DNA from: Candidatus Methylomirabilota bacterium
Lineage (GTDB): Bacteria > Methylomirabilota > Methylomirabilia > Rokubacteriales > CSP1-6
Length of the DNA: 64,000 nucleotides
Assembly: GCA_035635755.1 (NCBI GenBank)
Contig: DASQAK010000052.1
Span: forward strand, 6,236 to 70,235
Direction: 5' to 3'
The position numbers and the translations under genes were made by a program. This document shows, one piece after another, positions 32,702 through 42,397 of the stretch. How positions within the stretch are numbered: the stretch's first letter is position 1; each line of letters begins with the position of its first letter. Below the pieces are notes generated by a model. It searched no databases. It saw only the letters and a list, made by a program, of their open reading frames with translations, and was not told where the DNA came from.

Positions 32702-33694
32702 CTAGCCCAGGTACTTGAACCAGTCCCGCGTGGCCTGGGCAATGGTGTCCACCGTCCACACGGGCGCCGCGCGCCAGTCGTCGATATGGTCGAGCATGAT
32801 CTTGACGCCCTCCTCGAAGCTCACCGTGGGCTCCCAGCCCGTCGCGCGTCGGATCTTCGAGATGTCGGCATGCGTGCGGTCGGGCTCCCCTGGCCGCTTC
32901 GGAACATGCACCGTGGGCCCGCCCAGGAGCTCTACCAGGCGATTGACGCTCTGGGGTGCGCCCGCGCCCACGTTGAACACCTCGCCGGCCGAGCGCGATT
33001 GCGCCGCGAGGAGATTGGCCCGCGCCACGTCGGTGACGAAGACGAAGTCGCGGGTCTGCGTGCCGTCACCCACTATCGTGAAGGGATGACCATTGAGCTT
33101 CTGAGCAAGAAAAACACCGAACACCGCCCCGTAGGTGCCTGACGTTCGCGAGCGGGGACCATAGGCATTGAAATACCGGAGCGACACGACGGGGAGGCGG
33201 TAGACCTGCCCCCAGTGGAGGGCCATGGTCTCGCCCAGATACTTGCTGAGGGCATACGGATATTCAGTACGGATCGGCGCCGTCTCCGGCGTGGGATGGA
33301 CATCCGAGATGCCATAGCATGACGACGAGGCGGAATAGATGAACCGCTCCACGCCGGCCGTCCTCGCCGCCTCGAGCGCCCCCAGCGTGCCCATGACGTT
33401 GGCGCGCAGGTAGCGCTCGGGGTGTTCGATCGACGGCACGATATCCGCAAGAGCCGCGAAGTGGAAGACCCAGGCCGCCCCCGCGAACTCCGAGGCCATG
33501 CGCGCGCCGTCGCAGACGTCTGCCGCGACCACCTTGAGCTGGGGGGAGCCGCGATGGTGGGCGAGGTTGTCGGGACGGCCCGTGCTGAAATCATCCACCG
33601 CCACCACGTCGTGGCCTTCCGCGAGCAGGAGGTCGACCATGTGGCTCCCGATGAAGCCGCCCCCGCCCGTGACCACGCTCCGGCGACGCGCCAA
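32702..33694 (-). CDS. NAD-dependent epimerase/dehydratase (extended SDR)
   Basis: '[12 protein letters not shown]', 'YALSKYLGE', 'RYFNAYGPR'. Confidence 0.8.
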   Translation of the reverse strand: MARRRSVVTGGGGFIGSHMVDLLLAEGHDVVAVDDFSTGRPDNLAHHRGSPQLKVVAADVCDGARMASEFAGAAWVFHFAALADIVPSIEHPERYLRANVMGTLGALEAARTAGVERFIYSASSSCYGISDVHPTPETAPIRTEYPYALSKYLGETMALHWGQVYRLPVVSLRYFNAYGPRSRTSGTYGAVFGVFLAQKLNGHPFTIVGDGTQTRDFVFVTDVARANLLAAQSRSAGEVFNVGAGAPQSVNRLVELLGGPTVHVPKRPGEPDRTHADISKIRRATGWEPTVSFEEGVKIMLDHIDDWRAAPVWTVDTIAQATRDWFKYLG

Positions 33695-33747
33695 CGCTAG
33701 CTGGCTCGGAGGGCTCGTGGGGGACAGGAAATCACCTGGACAAGCTC

Positions 33748-34746
33748 CTAGCGCAACCCGGCCGCCTGGATGGCCTTGACGTTGTAGTACTCGATGGCGC
33801 CGACGGGATCGGGCACCTTCCCCGCGGCGAAGGCCCGGCAGAGATCGCGGACGGCGTCCTCGATGGTGCGCTTGGGAACAAAGCCGAGCTCTCGCCGGAT
33901 CTTCTCCGAGGAGATGTGATACGAGCGCAGGTCATCGGACGGCGTGGTGACGATCTCCACCTCCTCGCGGCCCGGCACTTCCCGGCTGACCACGTCGCGT
34001 ACGATGGCGGCGATCTCGGCCACGGTGTGATTCTGGTAGCCGGCATTGAAGGTCTTGCCCGCGATGAGGCCATCGGGCACCTCGAGCAGCATGGCGTAGA
34101 GGTCGCACACATCGTCGATGTGGATGTTCGGCCGGCGCTGGCTCCCGCCGAAGACCGTGATCTTCCCGTTCACCAGGGCCGACATGGTCAGGATATTGAC
34201 GGTCAGATCGAGCCGCAGCCGCGGCGAATAGCCGCAGACGGTCGCGGGCCGGATCGTCACCGTCGTGAACCCGGGCGCTTGGTGCTTGAAGAGCAGCGGC
34301 TCGCACAGGCCCTTGTACTTGTTGTAGTCGGTGAGCGGCACCAGCGGGTGCTCTTCGGTGACGTTCTCCGCGTCGCTCACGCCGTACACGCTCGATGTCG
34401 AGGCGTAGATGAAGCGCCGCACTCCGGCCTCCAGGGCCGCCGTCACCATGGGCTCGAAGCACTCGAAGTTGATGGTGCGGCTCAGCCGGGGATCGAGCGC
34501 GAAGCTCGGATCGTTGGAGATGCAGGCGAGATGGATGACCGCCTCGTGCCCTGGAAGCACGCGCCGCAGGAGGGCTTCGTCGCGGATGTCGCCGGTGATC
34601 CGCCGGAGCCGGTCGGAGTCCGCAGGCAGATGATCGCCGAAGAGAAACAGGTCGAGCGCGGTCACGTCGTGCCCCGCCTCGAGAAGGCGCGGCACCAGCA
34701 CCGTGCCCACGTATCCCGCGCCGCCCGTGACGAAGACGCGGCTCAC
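33748..34746 (-). CDS. NAD-dependent epimerase/dehydratase (extended SDR)
   Basis: '[11 protein letters not shown]', 'YNKYKGLCE'. Confidence 0.8.
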   Translation of the reverse strand: MSRVFVTGGAGYVGTVLVPRLLEAGHDVTALDLFLFGDHLPADSDRLRRITGDIRDEALLRRVLPGHEAVIHLACISNDPSFALDPRLSRTINFECFEPMVTAALEAGVRRFIYASTSSVYGVSDAENVTEEHPLVPLTDYNKYKGLCEPLLFKHQAPGFTTVTIRPATVCGYSPRLRLDLTVNILTMSALVNGKITVFGGSQRRPNIHIDDVCDLYAMLLEVPDGLIAGKTFNAGYQNHTVAEIAAIVRDVVSREVPGREEVEIVTTPSDDLRSYHISSEKIRRELGFVPKRTIEDAVRDLCRAFAAGKVPDPVGAIEYYNVKAIQAAGLR

Positions 34747-35471
34747 AGCTGACCGACCGATGTGAGCATGCGACGTCTCGCCACCCGGAGCGCCCAGAAC
34801 GTGGTGATAACGGTCTTGGCCACACTCAAGAAGTTGCGCAGGCTCAGCGCCCGCGACCGCCGAGCGGCGGCCTCATCGATGGGGACACCCACCTCGACCA
34901 CCGACAGTCCCGCATCGATGGCCTTGAGCAGCGTCTCCGCCTGAAATCCAAACCCCCAGGTCGTGACGGGGCGGGTCAGCAAGAACTGACGCGGGTAAAC
35001 CGACAGGCCGTTGAAGTATCGCATCCGGAGGCCGAAGAGGGCGTTCAGGGTCGTGGTGTAGGCCGTCGATATGACACGCCTGAATCCCACCCGCACCTCG
35101 GGGTTCGTGGCGTACGAGGTGACCACATCGGCCTTCCCCATATGGCGCAGGATCTCGCCGATCGAGTCCTCCGGCCATGTGTTGTCTCCGGGAACGTAGA
35201 CAAAGTGAGACTTTCTCGCCTCGCGCACCCCGCGCGCATAGCTGTAACCGAGCCCCATGTTGCGCAGGTTCTCGACGACGCGAACCCGCGGCTGCGTCCT
35301 CGCGAGCCGCGTGGCCACGGCCCCCGTCCCGTCCGTGCTTCCGTCGTTCACGATGATGATCTCGAAGTCCTCGCACACGCCGGCCACGACGCGAATCAGC
35401 TGCCGTACCGTGGCCTCGAGATCCCGCTCCTCGTTCAGGGCCGGCACCAGGACCGAGAGCGAGTGGGCCAT
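34743..35471 (-). CDS. glycosyltransferase family 2 (polyprenyl-phosphate glycosyltransferase-like)
   Basis: 242 aa; 'LSVLVPALNEERDL...EIIIVNDGSTDGT'. Confidence 0.75.
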   Translation of the reverse strand: MAHSLSVLVPALNEERDLEATVRQLIRVVAGVCEDFEIIIVNDGSTDGTGAVATRLARTQPRVRVVENLRNMGLGYSYARGVREARKSHFVYVPGDNTWPEDSIGEILRHMGKADVVTSYATNPEVRVGFRRVISTAYTTTLNALFGLRMRYFNGLSVYPRQFLLTRPVTTWGFGFQAETLLKAIDAGLSVVEVGVPIDEAAARRSRALSLRNFLSVAKTVITTFWALRVARRRMLTSVGQL

Positions 35472-36505
35472 CAGTAGGGCCCCTGGAAAGCGGATACTTC
35501 CGGAGCGAATTCCGGAAGGATCGACACGTCGCGATCGAGGCTACGGAGACACTCCGCGGCAATGGTGTGGCGATCCGGGTAGAAGGCTCTCTCCAGCGGC
35601 ACCGAGACGGGAGCCGGACAGTCCGCGAGCCCTATGCGCCGGACGGGCGACTTGAGATGTCCCAGAGCGCTCTCGGCGCAGATCGCGGCCACCTCCGCCG
35701 ATAGGCCAAAGGCGAGCCAGCTCGTATCGGCGACAACGACGCGGCCCGTCTTTCTCACCGATCCGAGAATCGTCTCCGCATCGAGGGGACGGATGCTGCG
35801 GCAGTCCACGATCTCGAGACTGATGCCCAGTGGAGCGAGCAGATCGGCGGCGCGCATCGCTTCCACGAGCATCAGCGACACTGCGACCACTGTGAGGTCG
35901 CGGCCTTCCCTGACGATGGACGCCGTGCCGAGGGGCGTCGGCTCGGGAGCTTCCGGCACGGGCCCGCGCGTCTCGTAGAGCGCGCGGTGCTCCAGTATGA
36001 CGACGGGCGCCCGCGCCTGGAGAGCGGCCAGGGTCAGGCCTTTGGCGTCCCGGGGTAGAGCGGGCATGACAACGTGGAGCCCGGGGAAATGCCCGAAGAG
36101 CGCCTGGAGGCTCTGGGAATGTGTCGCGCCCTGCCCCCATCCTTTCCCGACGATGGAACGGACGACTATCGGCACGCTCGACGCCCCACCGTACATGTAG
36201 CGCCACTTCGCCGCCAGGTTGATCATCTGGTCCGTCGCGAGAAACATGAAATCATTGCGCGCGTGCACGACGACGGGACGCTTGCCCATGGCCGCGGCCC
36301 CTATCGCGACCCCCGTGAGGGCCTGTTCGGCTATGGGCACGTCGAAGACTCTGGCCCGGCCGAATTTTTCGTAGGCGGGGCGGGTCGTTCCAAAGATCCC
36401 CTTGTGATCATCGACGCCGATTCCCATGATGAACACATCCGGATCCTGCGCCATTCCCTGAACGAGGGCCTCGGCGATTGCCTCCGCGTATGTGCGCGTG
36501 CGCAT
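35471..36505 (-). CDS. ThDP-dependent 2-oxoacid dehydrogenase E1 component, beta subunit (transketolase-like)
   Basis: 344 aa; 'FIMGIGV', 'RVFDVPIAEQALTGVAIGAA', C-terminal TK_C-like domain. Confidence 0.85.
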   Translation of the reverse strand: MRTRTYAEAIAEALVQGMAQDPDVFIMGIGVDDHKGIFGTTRPAYEKFGRARVFDVPIAEQALTGVAIGAAAMGKRPVVVHARNDFMFLATDQMINLAAKWRYMYGGASSVPIVVRSIVGKGWGQGATHSQSLQALFGHFPGLHVVMPALPRDAKGLTLAALQARAPVVILEHRALYETRGPVPEAPEPTPLGTASIVREGRDLTVVAVSLMLVEAMRAADLLAPLGISLEIVDCRSIRPLDAETILGSVRKTGRVVVADTSWLAFGLSAEVAAICAESALGHLKSPVRRIGLADCPAPVSVPLERAFYPDRHTIAAECLRSLDRDVSILPEFAPEVSAFQGPY

Positions 36506-36516
36506 GATCGCTTCCG

Positions 36517-37557
36517 CTAGTATACGTTCTTGAGGAGATCGCGCGGATCGGGCCAGGGCGCCTGCTTGGCCTCCGCCACCGCCTTGGCGATCTCCTCGGC
36601 GATCTGCGACTCGAACTGTTGGAAGGTCGCGCTGCTCGCGAGCCCGCGTGCTTTCAGCGCCTTGGCGCTCCGCTTGACGGGATCCCTGCGCTTCCAGGAT
36701 TCGATCTCACGCGCGGTCCGATAGCCGCGCTCAGAGTCATCCAGGGGGCCGACGTGCTCGAGCCAACGATACGTCGCGCACTCGAGGAAGACCGGCCCCC
36801 GGCCCCCCCGGCACTGCGTCACCGCCCGCCGGGCGCTGCGGTACACCGCGTACACATCATTGCCGTCGAGCTCCTCCGCGGACATCTCGTACATCTGGGC
36901 GCGTCGGTAGATCTCGGTGCCTCGAGGGAGCCGGACAGACAGCGGCGAGTGCGTGGCATACAGGTTGTTCTCGCACACGAACACCACGGGCAGGCGCTTG
37001 ACAGCCGCCCAGTTCAAGCTCTCGTGAAAGACGCCTTCGTCAACCGCGCCATCGCCGAAGAACGTCACGGCGACCCGCGAGGATCCGTCCATCTGGAACG
37101 CGAGCGCGGATCCCACGGCGACGGGGATTGTCTGAGCGAGGATGGCGGAGGCCGCCACCATTCCCACGGACATGTCGCTCAAGTGAACGGAGCCGCCTCG
37201 GCCGCGAGCCGCCCCACTCTCCCGCCCATAGAGCTCGGCCACGAGCGCCGCCAGATTGCCCCCCTTGGCCAGATAGTGCGCATGGCAGCGGTGTCCGCTG
37301 AAGACGACGTCGTCGGACCGGAGGGCGGCACACATTCCGACCGCCACCGCCTCTTGTCCGACGGAGAAGTGCGTCGGAGTACGCATTTCCTGCTCTTTGT
37401 AGAGCTCCGCCAGCTTCTCCTCCACGCGCCGCGCGCGCAGGAGCTCGAAGTGCAGGCGCAGGCTCGACTCAGCAGACAGCCCTCGAAGAGACGACCCGTC
37501 GACCCGGCGTGCAGCCCGGGCGGAGCGCCTGGCCCTCGGCCGCTTCTTCCCCGTCAT
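36517..37557 (-). CDS. ThDP-dependent 2-oxoacid dehydrogenase E1 component, alpha subunit
   Basis: 'RRVEEKLAELYKEQEMRTPTHFSVGQEAVAVG', 'GDGAVDEGVFHESLNWAA' (ThDP GDG motif). 30-aa basic N-terminal extension may not be translated. Confidence 0.8.
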   Translation of the reverse strand: MTGKKRPRARRSARAARRVDGSSLRGLSAESSLRLHFELLRARRVEEKLAELYKEQEMRTPTHFSVGQEAVAVGMCAALRSDDVVFSGHRCHAHYLAKGGNLAALVAELYGRESGAARGRGGSVHLSDMSVGMVAASAILAQTIPVAVGSALAFQMDGSSRVAVTFFGDGAVDEGVFHESLNWAAVKRLPVVFVCENNLYATHSPLSVRLPRGTEIYRRAQMYEMSAEELDGNDVYAVYRSARRAVTQCRGGRGPVFLECATYRWLEHVGPLDDSERGYRTAREIESWKRRDPVKRSAKALKARGLASSATFQQFESQIAEEIAKAVAEAKQAPWPDPRDLLKNVY

Positions 37558-37663
37558 TGAGCTCTCAAACTCTCAAGGACCTGTACCGGATAGGTACCCC
37601 GCATGCGATACACCGTGGCTCCACGATAGCTGTCGAACGATACCACACACGTGTGGCCCATAC
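37558..37663 (-). promoter_or_regulatory. 106-nt lower-GC intergenic gap with a near-perfect palindrome CCACACACGTGTGG (37633-37646) and a CTCTCAA direct repeat; possible internal promoter/operator
   Basis: Read directly. One of only three >50-nt gaps in the 50-kb minus-strand array. Confidence 0.25.
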
Positions 37664-38584
37664 CTATTGTCCGGAGCCCGTGGCCGCCGGCTTACGAGCG
37701 ACGATGCCGATATTGCCCAGGGGCAAGCTCAGGGGAAGCGTGTCGGCCCCCAGGGTCCGGAGGACACCGTGTCCGAGGCGGCGGAGAATCGGAGGCAGCA
37801 GCGGCGCCTTGTCGAGAAGAAATCCGGTCGAGTAGCGATTGTACGTCGTTCGCACCACCGCGACGTCGAACCCCGCCCGCTCGAAGAGAAGCCTCAGGGT
37901 CCGCTTGGAGAGGAAATAGTGGTGATACACGTTGTAGGGGGGGAAACGCTCTCCCAGGAGCCGCTCCAGGAGCGATTCGACGTTGTGGACGACCGCCAGG
38001 ACCGCCCCGCCTCGCCGAAGGTGACCGCGCACCCGAACCAGGAAATCGTTCACGTCGACCAGGTGATCGACCACATGAATGAGGGTGATCAGATCGAAGT
38101 GCTCCGGGGGATACACGGTAGCCTCGTAGAACGCGCGGGAGATCGAGCTTCCGGGAACAGCCGCCGCCTGCGCAGCCGCTACCGGGTTGGGCTCGATCCC
38201 GAAGACCTCTCGGAAGCCATCTCGCCGGGCCACGTCGAGCAGCATGCCCGTGTCACAACCGATATCGAGCATGCGATCGCGACGGGCCAGGTGCGGGCGG
38301 ATGAGCTCGTAGTAGAGCTCGAACGTCCGTTTGACATTTCCCTCCTCTCCCGAGCGCACGTTGGTGTGGGCAGCCTGGGCGTACAGGTCGCGCACCCCAG
38401 CCTCGTCGAAGATCGGGCTCGAGTACCGAAGGCGGCAGCCGGAGCATTCCCTGATCCGATAATGTACGTGCTCGGGGTCGTGCATCGGCCCGGCCGCCGT
38501 CGGCATCGCATCGGGCGTCAGCGTCTGCCGATAGATGGTGCGCCCTTCGTCCTTGCGGCAGATGGGGCACCCGATGTTCCTCAT
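37664..38584 (-). CDS. class I SAM-dependent methyltransferase with N-terminal Zn-ribbon (CPxC...CxxC)
   Basis: C-terminal 306 aa of ORF 37664..39724 from 'MRNIGCPICRK...CSGCRLRYSSP'. 'MLDIGCDTGML', 'LRRGGAVLAVVHN'. Confidence 0.7.
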   Translation of the reverse strand: MRNIGCPICRKDEGRTIYRQTLTPDAMPTAAGPMHDPEHVHYRIRECSGCRLRYSSPIFDEAGVRDLYAQAAHTNVRSGEEGNVKRTFELYYELIRPHLARRDRMLDIGCDTGMLLDVARRDGFREVFGIEPNPVAAAQAAAVPGSSISRAFYEATVYPPEHFDLITLIHVVDHLVDVNDFLVRVRGHLRRGGAVLAVVHNVESLLERLLGERFPPYNVYHHYFLSKRTLRLLFERAGFDVAVVRTTYNRYSTGFLLDKAPLLPPILRRLGHGVLRTLGADTLPLSLPLGNIGIVARKPAATGSGQ

Positions 38585-38592
38585 GGGGTGGC

Positions 38593-40188
38593 TCACATCG
38601 ACCGCCGGCGGAACACGCCGTATTCCATCCCCAGCGCGCCCTGAACCACGCTGACCTGCTCGAACCGCTCGCTCAGCAGCTTCCGGATGAGTCGGGCCAC
38701 CTCTGGTCGGTACCCGTCCAGGGCATCGAGGGAAGCGGGCGACACGATGGCGTACTGGACGTCCCGACCAAGCCAGCGCTCCACGTCCGCCGCCGACCAG
38801 GCACCGCTCCGGTGCAGAATCGCCTCGTCGGCGCCAGGGGGCGCCACGGTGCCGCCGGGCGACATCAGTTGCTGGACATAGGCCTGGAGCCCGGCAAGGT
38901 AGATCGGCATCGGCTGCGCGAAGAGGAATACCTTCGTTCCCGCAGGCACCAGTGCTCGAAGATCCGAGGCCGCCCGGTCGGTCATCTCGATCGGGTCCTG
39001 TTTGAACGGTGTCGGGATCGGCCGGGGCATGAGCGGGTGGCGGACGGCCACCACGGAGAGCACGAGACCGGCAGCGAGAGAAGCCGCGACGATTCCACGC
39101 GTGAGCCGATCCATATCGGCGCGGGCGAGGCAAGTCGCGCTTACGACCCCCAGCACCACGGCGAAGAGGGGGGCGAACGAGGGAAAGTATGCCGGCACGA
39201 TCTTGAAGTTCATGCGGAGCATGACGAAGTGCCAGGCCAGGATCCAGAGCCAGAGGCCGCCTATCACGCCCAGTCCGCGGCGCCACGGCATCCATGCCGG
39301 TCCTCTTCCGCGAAGCGCCAGCAGGCCACTTGCAACGAGAAGGCCCCCCGCCGTCAGCGTCCAGGACTCGTACCGTCGCGCGAAGATCACGAACGACCAG
39401 ATCTGCTCCTGCCGCCCCGCCTCCCGCACGGGGGAGAATTCGAGAATGGAGCGGTAGCCCAGAGGCTCCACGAAGCCGCGCAGCACGGGCACGTGCGCCA
39501 GGAGCTTCAGATGCGTGGTATCGGCGGCGAGAAACAGCGCGGGAGGAACCACGGCGATGAGCGCGACGGCGAGACGCTCGGCGCGGCCTCGGGCCACGCT
39601 GAAGGCCCACACGAGAAAGAACGGCAGGGACGGGAAAAGATTCGTTCGAGTAAAGAAGAGGAGCGACGCGATGGTCATCCCGATCGCTCCTCGCCACCGC
39701 ATCTCCTCTTTCAGCAACACCCACACGGCCGTCATCAGGACGAGGGCCGTCATGGAATGGTACGTGGCCGTCGCGAAGTAGCCGACCAGGGTGCCTTGCG
39801 TCGCGAGGAGCAGTCCTGCGAGCACCCCCGCCGTGTCGCCGCCAACTCTGCGCGCCACGGCCACCGTGGCCAGCAGCGCGACGAGTCCTATCCCCAGCGA
39901 GACGAGGCGCGCCGCCCAGAGACTCCGCCCGAAGATCTCCTGTGACGCTCCGAGCACGTAGAAGGGCAACGGCATACGCTGCCCCGTCATCTCGTCCTGG
40001 AACAGAGCGATCTGCCCGGTGAGGGCCATCTGGCCGAGAGCGAGAAAGGACGACTCGTCATCCCACGTGATGAGGCTGCGAGAGTAGAAGACGCCGATCG
40101 CCAGATACACGACAACCATCACGGCCACGGCCCCCCGGAACGTCATCGAGGACATCCCGGGCGGTGGCGGAGTCGCGGCCTCGGTCAT
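38593..40188 (-). CDS. GT-C-fold membrane glycosyltransferase (PMT/ArnT-like, GT39/GT83-type)
   Basis: 531 aa, >10 predicted TM helices. N-terminal loop motif 'LFQDEMTGQRMPLPFY' is shared with the paralogue at 56644..58269. Confidence 0.6.
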   Translation of the reverse strand: MTEAATPPPPGMSSMTFRGAVAVMVVVYLAIGVFYSRSLITWDDESSFLALGQMALTGQIALFQDEMTGQRMPLPFYVLGASQEIFGRSLWAARLVSLGIGLVALLATVAVARRVGGDTAGVLAGLLLATQGTLVGYFATATYHSMTALVLMTAVWVLLKEEMRWRGAIGMTIASLLFFTRTNLFPSLPFFLVWAFSVARGRAERLAVALIAVVPPALFLAADTTHLKLLAHVPVLRGFVEPLGYRSILEFSPVREAGRQEQIWSFVIFARRYESWTLTAGGLLVASGLLALRGRGPAWMPWRRGLGVIGGLWLWILAWHFVMLRMNFKIVPAYFPSFAPLFAVVLGVVSATCLARADMDRLTRGIVAASLAAGLVLSVVAVRHPLMPRPIPTPFKQDPIEMTDRAASDLRALVPAGTKVFLFAQPMPIYLAGLQAYVQQLMSPGGTVAPPGADEAILHRSGAWSAADVERWLGRDVQYAIVSPASLDALDGYRPEVARLIRKLLSERFEQVSVVQGALGMEYGVFRRRSM

Positions 40189-41351
40189 TCGGTGAAACGC
40201 TTCTGCACCAGCCGCGCGTCGATGGGAACCGAGCGAAGCACGTCGACGATGCGCGGCGCGGCGTGGCCGTCACCGTAGGGATTGGCGGCCGCGCGGGCCC
40301 GGGCGCGGAAGGCCGGCGCCTGGGCCGCCTCGATGCCCCGCAAGATGTCCTCGCGCGAGGGCTCGACGTCGATGACGTTGGCCCCCCGGAGCCGTCCGCG
40401 CTGGCGCGAGCCCACGTTGACCACGGGCAGCCCGAAGGAAGGCGCCTCGATGAGACCGCTCGAGGAATTGCCGATCATGAGATCGGCGTGGCGCAGCAGC
40501 GAGAGGTAGGGCCGCTCGCCCAGGCTCTTGGCGAGCCGGCAGCGCCGGGAATGGCGCCCCGCGAACTCCTCGATCCGCTCGATGATGAGCCGCCCCGACG
40601 TGTCGGCATTGGGATACGTGATGACGATGAAGCCGTCCGTCTTCTCGATCGCGGCCAGGAGCTCGTCGATGTGGGCGGCGGTGTCCCGGTACTCGAGGGT
40701 GACGGGATGAAAGGTGACGAGGAGCCAGGGCCCCGCCTCGGGCAACCTGAGCTCGCGGGCCAGCGCCGCGCGGGACAGCGGCTCCGTGGTGGCGAGGCGG
40801 TCGAGGCCGGGTGCGCCGACGGAGTGGATGCGCCACGGCTCCTCCCCCATGGCGGCGATGCGCCTCGCATGGGGCTCCGCCGAGGCGAAATGCAGATGCG
40901 CGAGCTTGGTGATCGCATGGCGGATCTGATTGTCCATCGCCCCTTCGGAGAGCTCGCCGCCGTGGATGTGCGCCACGGGGAGGGCAAAGGGAAGCGCGGC
41001 CACCGCCGCCGCGAGCATCTCGAAGCGGTCGCCCAGGACCACGACCACATCCGGGCGTATGCGCGCGAACACCTCTCCGAAGCCCGCCACTCCTCGCCCC
41101 GTGGCGGCCGCCACCGCCTCCGGCGTGTCGTCGCCCCCGAGCATCTCGACGCGGGCGGAGATGGGAAAGCCGTCCGCCTCGATGTCGCGTACCGTCAGGC
41201 CAAACTCGCTTGCCAAATGCATGCCCGCCACCAGGAGAAGCAGCTCGAGGTCGGGCGCGCGCCGCAGCGCCTCGAGCACCGGCCGCAGGTGGCCGTAGTC
41301 CGAGCGGCTGACCGTGACCACGCCGATGCGCCTCGCGGCCCCCTCCGTCAT
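40185..41351 (-). CDS. UDP-N-acetylglucosamine 2-epimerase family (NeuC-like, hydrolysing type)
   Basis: 388 aa; 'VAHIHGGELSEGAMDNQIRHAITKLAHLHF'. ATGA overlaps on both sides. Confidence 0.8.
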   Translation of the reverse strand: MTEGAARRIGVVTVSRSDYGHLRPVLEALRRAPDLELLLLVAGMHLASEFGLTVRDIEADGFPISARVEMLGGDDTPEAVAAATGRGVAGFGEVFARIRPDVVVVLGDRFEMLAAAVAALPFALPVAHIHGGELSEGAMDNQIRHAITKLAHLHFASAEPHARRIAAMGEEPWRIHSVGAPGLDRLATTEPLSRAALARELRLPEAGPWLLVTFHPVTLEYRDTAAHIDELLAAIEKTDGFIVITYPNADTSGRLIIERIEEFAGRHSRRCRLAKSLGERPYLSLLRHADLMIGNSSSGLIEAPSFGLPVVNVGSRQRGRLRGANVIDVEPSREDILRGIEAAQAPAFRARARAAANPYGDGHAAPRIVDVLRSVPIDARLVQKRFTE

Positions 41352-42397
41352 GGCTCCGCCAGCGCCTCCCAGCCGATCACTTCGTCGGCGGCGATATCGC
41401 GAGCGAGCGGGCGCCCGATCGCCTTGTCCAGATCGGCGGGGGAGATGCCCGTGCCGGGCCGCTTGATCAGGACGTCTTCCGCCCCGAGCCGCGCGCCCGC
41501 CCTGAGTGCCCGCGCCGCCACCAGGCTCTTCCGCGCCACCCGGCGGGTGTCGAGCTCCGACGGCATGGGGCGCTTGGTCCCGTCACCGAGCGCGGACTCC
41601 ACGGCCCGGATGGCCCGGACCATGGCCGCGAACTCGACGGGATCGAGGGAGGCGCGATGATCGGGACCGGGCAGGGTCTTGTCGAGCGTCAGGTGCTTCT
41701 CGATGATGGCGGCGCCGCGCGCGGCTGCCGCCACCGCGATCTCGATGCCCAGCGTGTGATCGGAGAAGCCCACGGGACAGCCGCATCGCGCGGCGAGGGC
41801 ATCCATGGCGCGCAGGTTGACCTCGGCGGCGGGAGCGGGATACGCGGAGAGACAGTGGAGCACGGCCAGGGGCGGATTGCCGGCGGCCCGGATGGCCGCC
41901 ACCGCTTGCTCGACTTCGTCCAGGCTCGACATGCCGGTGGACAGGATGATGGGACGGCCCTTGGATGCGAGGTGGCGCAGCAGCGGGAGATTGGTGATCT
42001 CCCCCGACGGCACCTTGAAGAGGGCGACCCCGAGCCTGTCCAGTACATCTGCGCTCTCCTCGTCGAAGGGCGCCGAGAAGAACGTGAGCCCGCGCTTCGC
42101 GGCCCGGTCCTTGAGCTCCGCCAGCACCGCCGTGGCGAGCTCGAGTCGCGCGAGCATGTCGCGCTGGCTCTCGTCCGCCCCCGTGGTCTCGACCTGGTAT
42201 CCCGCCTTGGGCGCGCCGCGGGTCAGCAAGGCGTCGACGCGAAACGTCTGGAACTTGACGGCGTCCGCCCCGCTCTCGGCCGCGGCGTCCACCAGGCGGC
42301 GGGCGAGCGCCGGATCGCCATTGTGATTCACGCCGGCCTCGGCCACGATGTAGATACGCCCGCCCGCGCCGAAGCAGGGCAGGCCCGGCGCGGTCAC
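41348..42397 (-). CDS. N-acylneuraminate-9-phosphate / nonulosonic acid synthase family (NeuB/LegI/PseI-like) with C-terminal SAF domain
   Basis: 'IYIVAEAGVNHNGDPALARRLVDAAAESGADAVKFQTF'; C-terminal SAF/AFP-like domain. GTGA overlap with upstream stop. Confidence 0.85.
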   Translation of the reverse strand: MTAPGLPCFGAGGRIYIVAEAGVNHNGDPALARRLVDAAAESGADAVKFQTFRVDALLTRGAPKAGYQVETTGADESQRDMLARLELATAVLAELKDRAAKRGLTFFSAPFDEESADVLDRLGVALFKVPSGEITNLPLLRHLASKGRPIILSTGMSSLDEVEQAVAAIRAAGNPPLAVLHCLSAYPAPAAEVNLRAMDALAARCGCPVGFSDHTLGIEIAVAAAARGAAIIEKHLTLDKTLPGPDHRASLDPVEFAAMVRAIRAVESALGDGTKRPMPSELDTRRVARKSLVAARALRAGARLGAEDVLIKRPGTGISPADLDKAIGRPLARDIAADEVIGWEALAEP

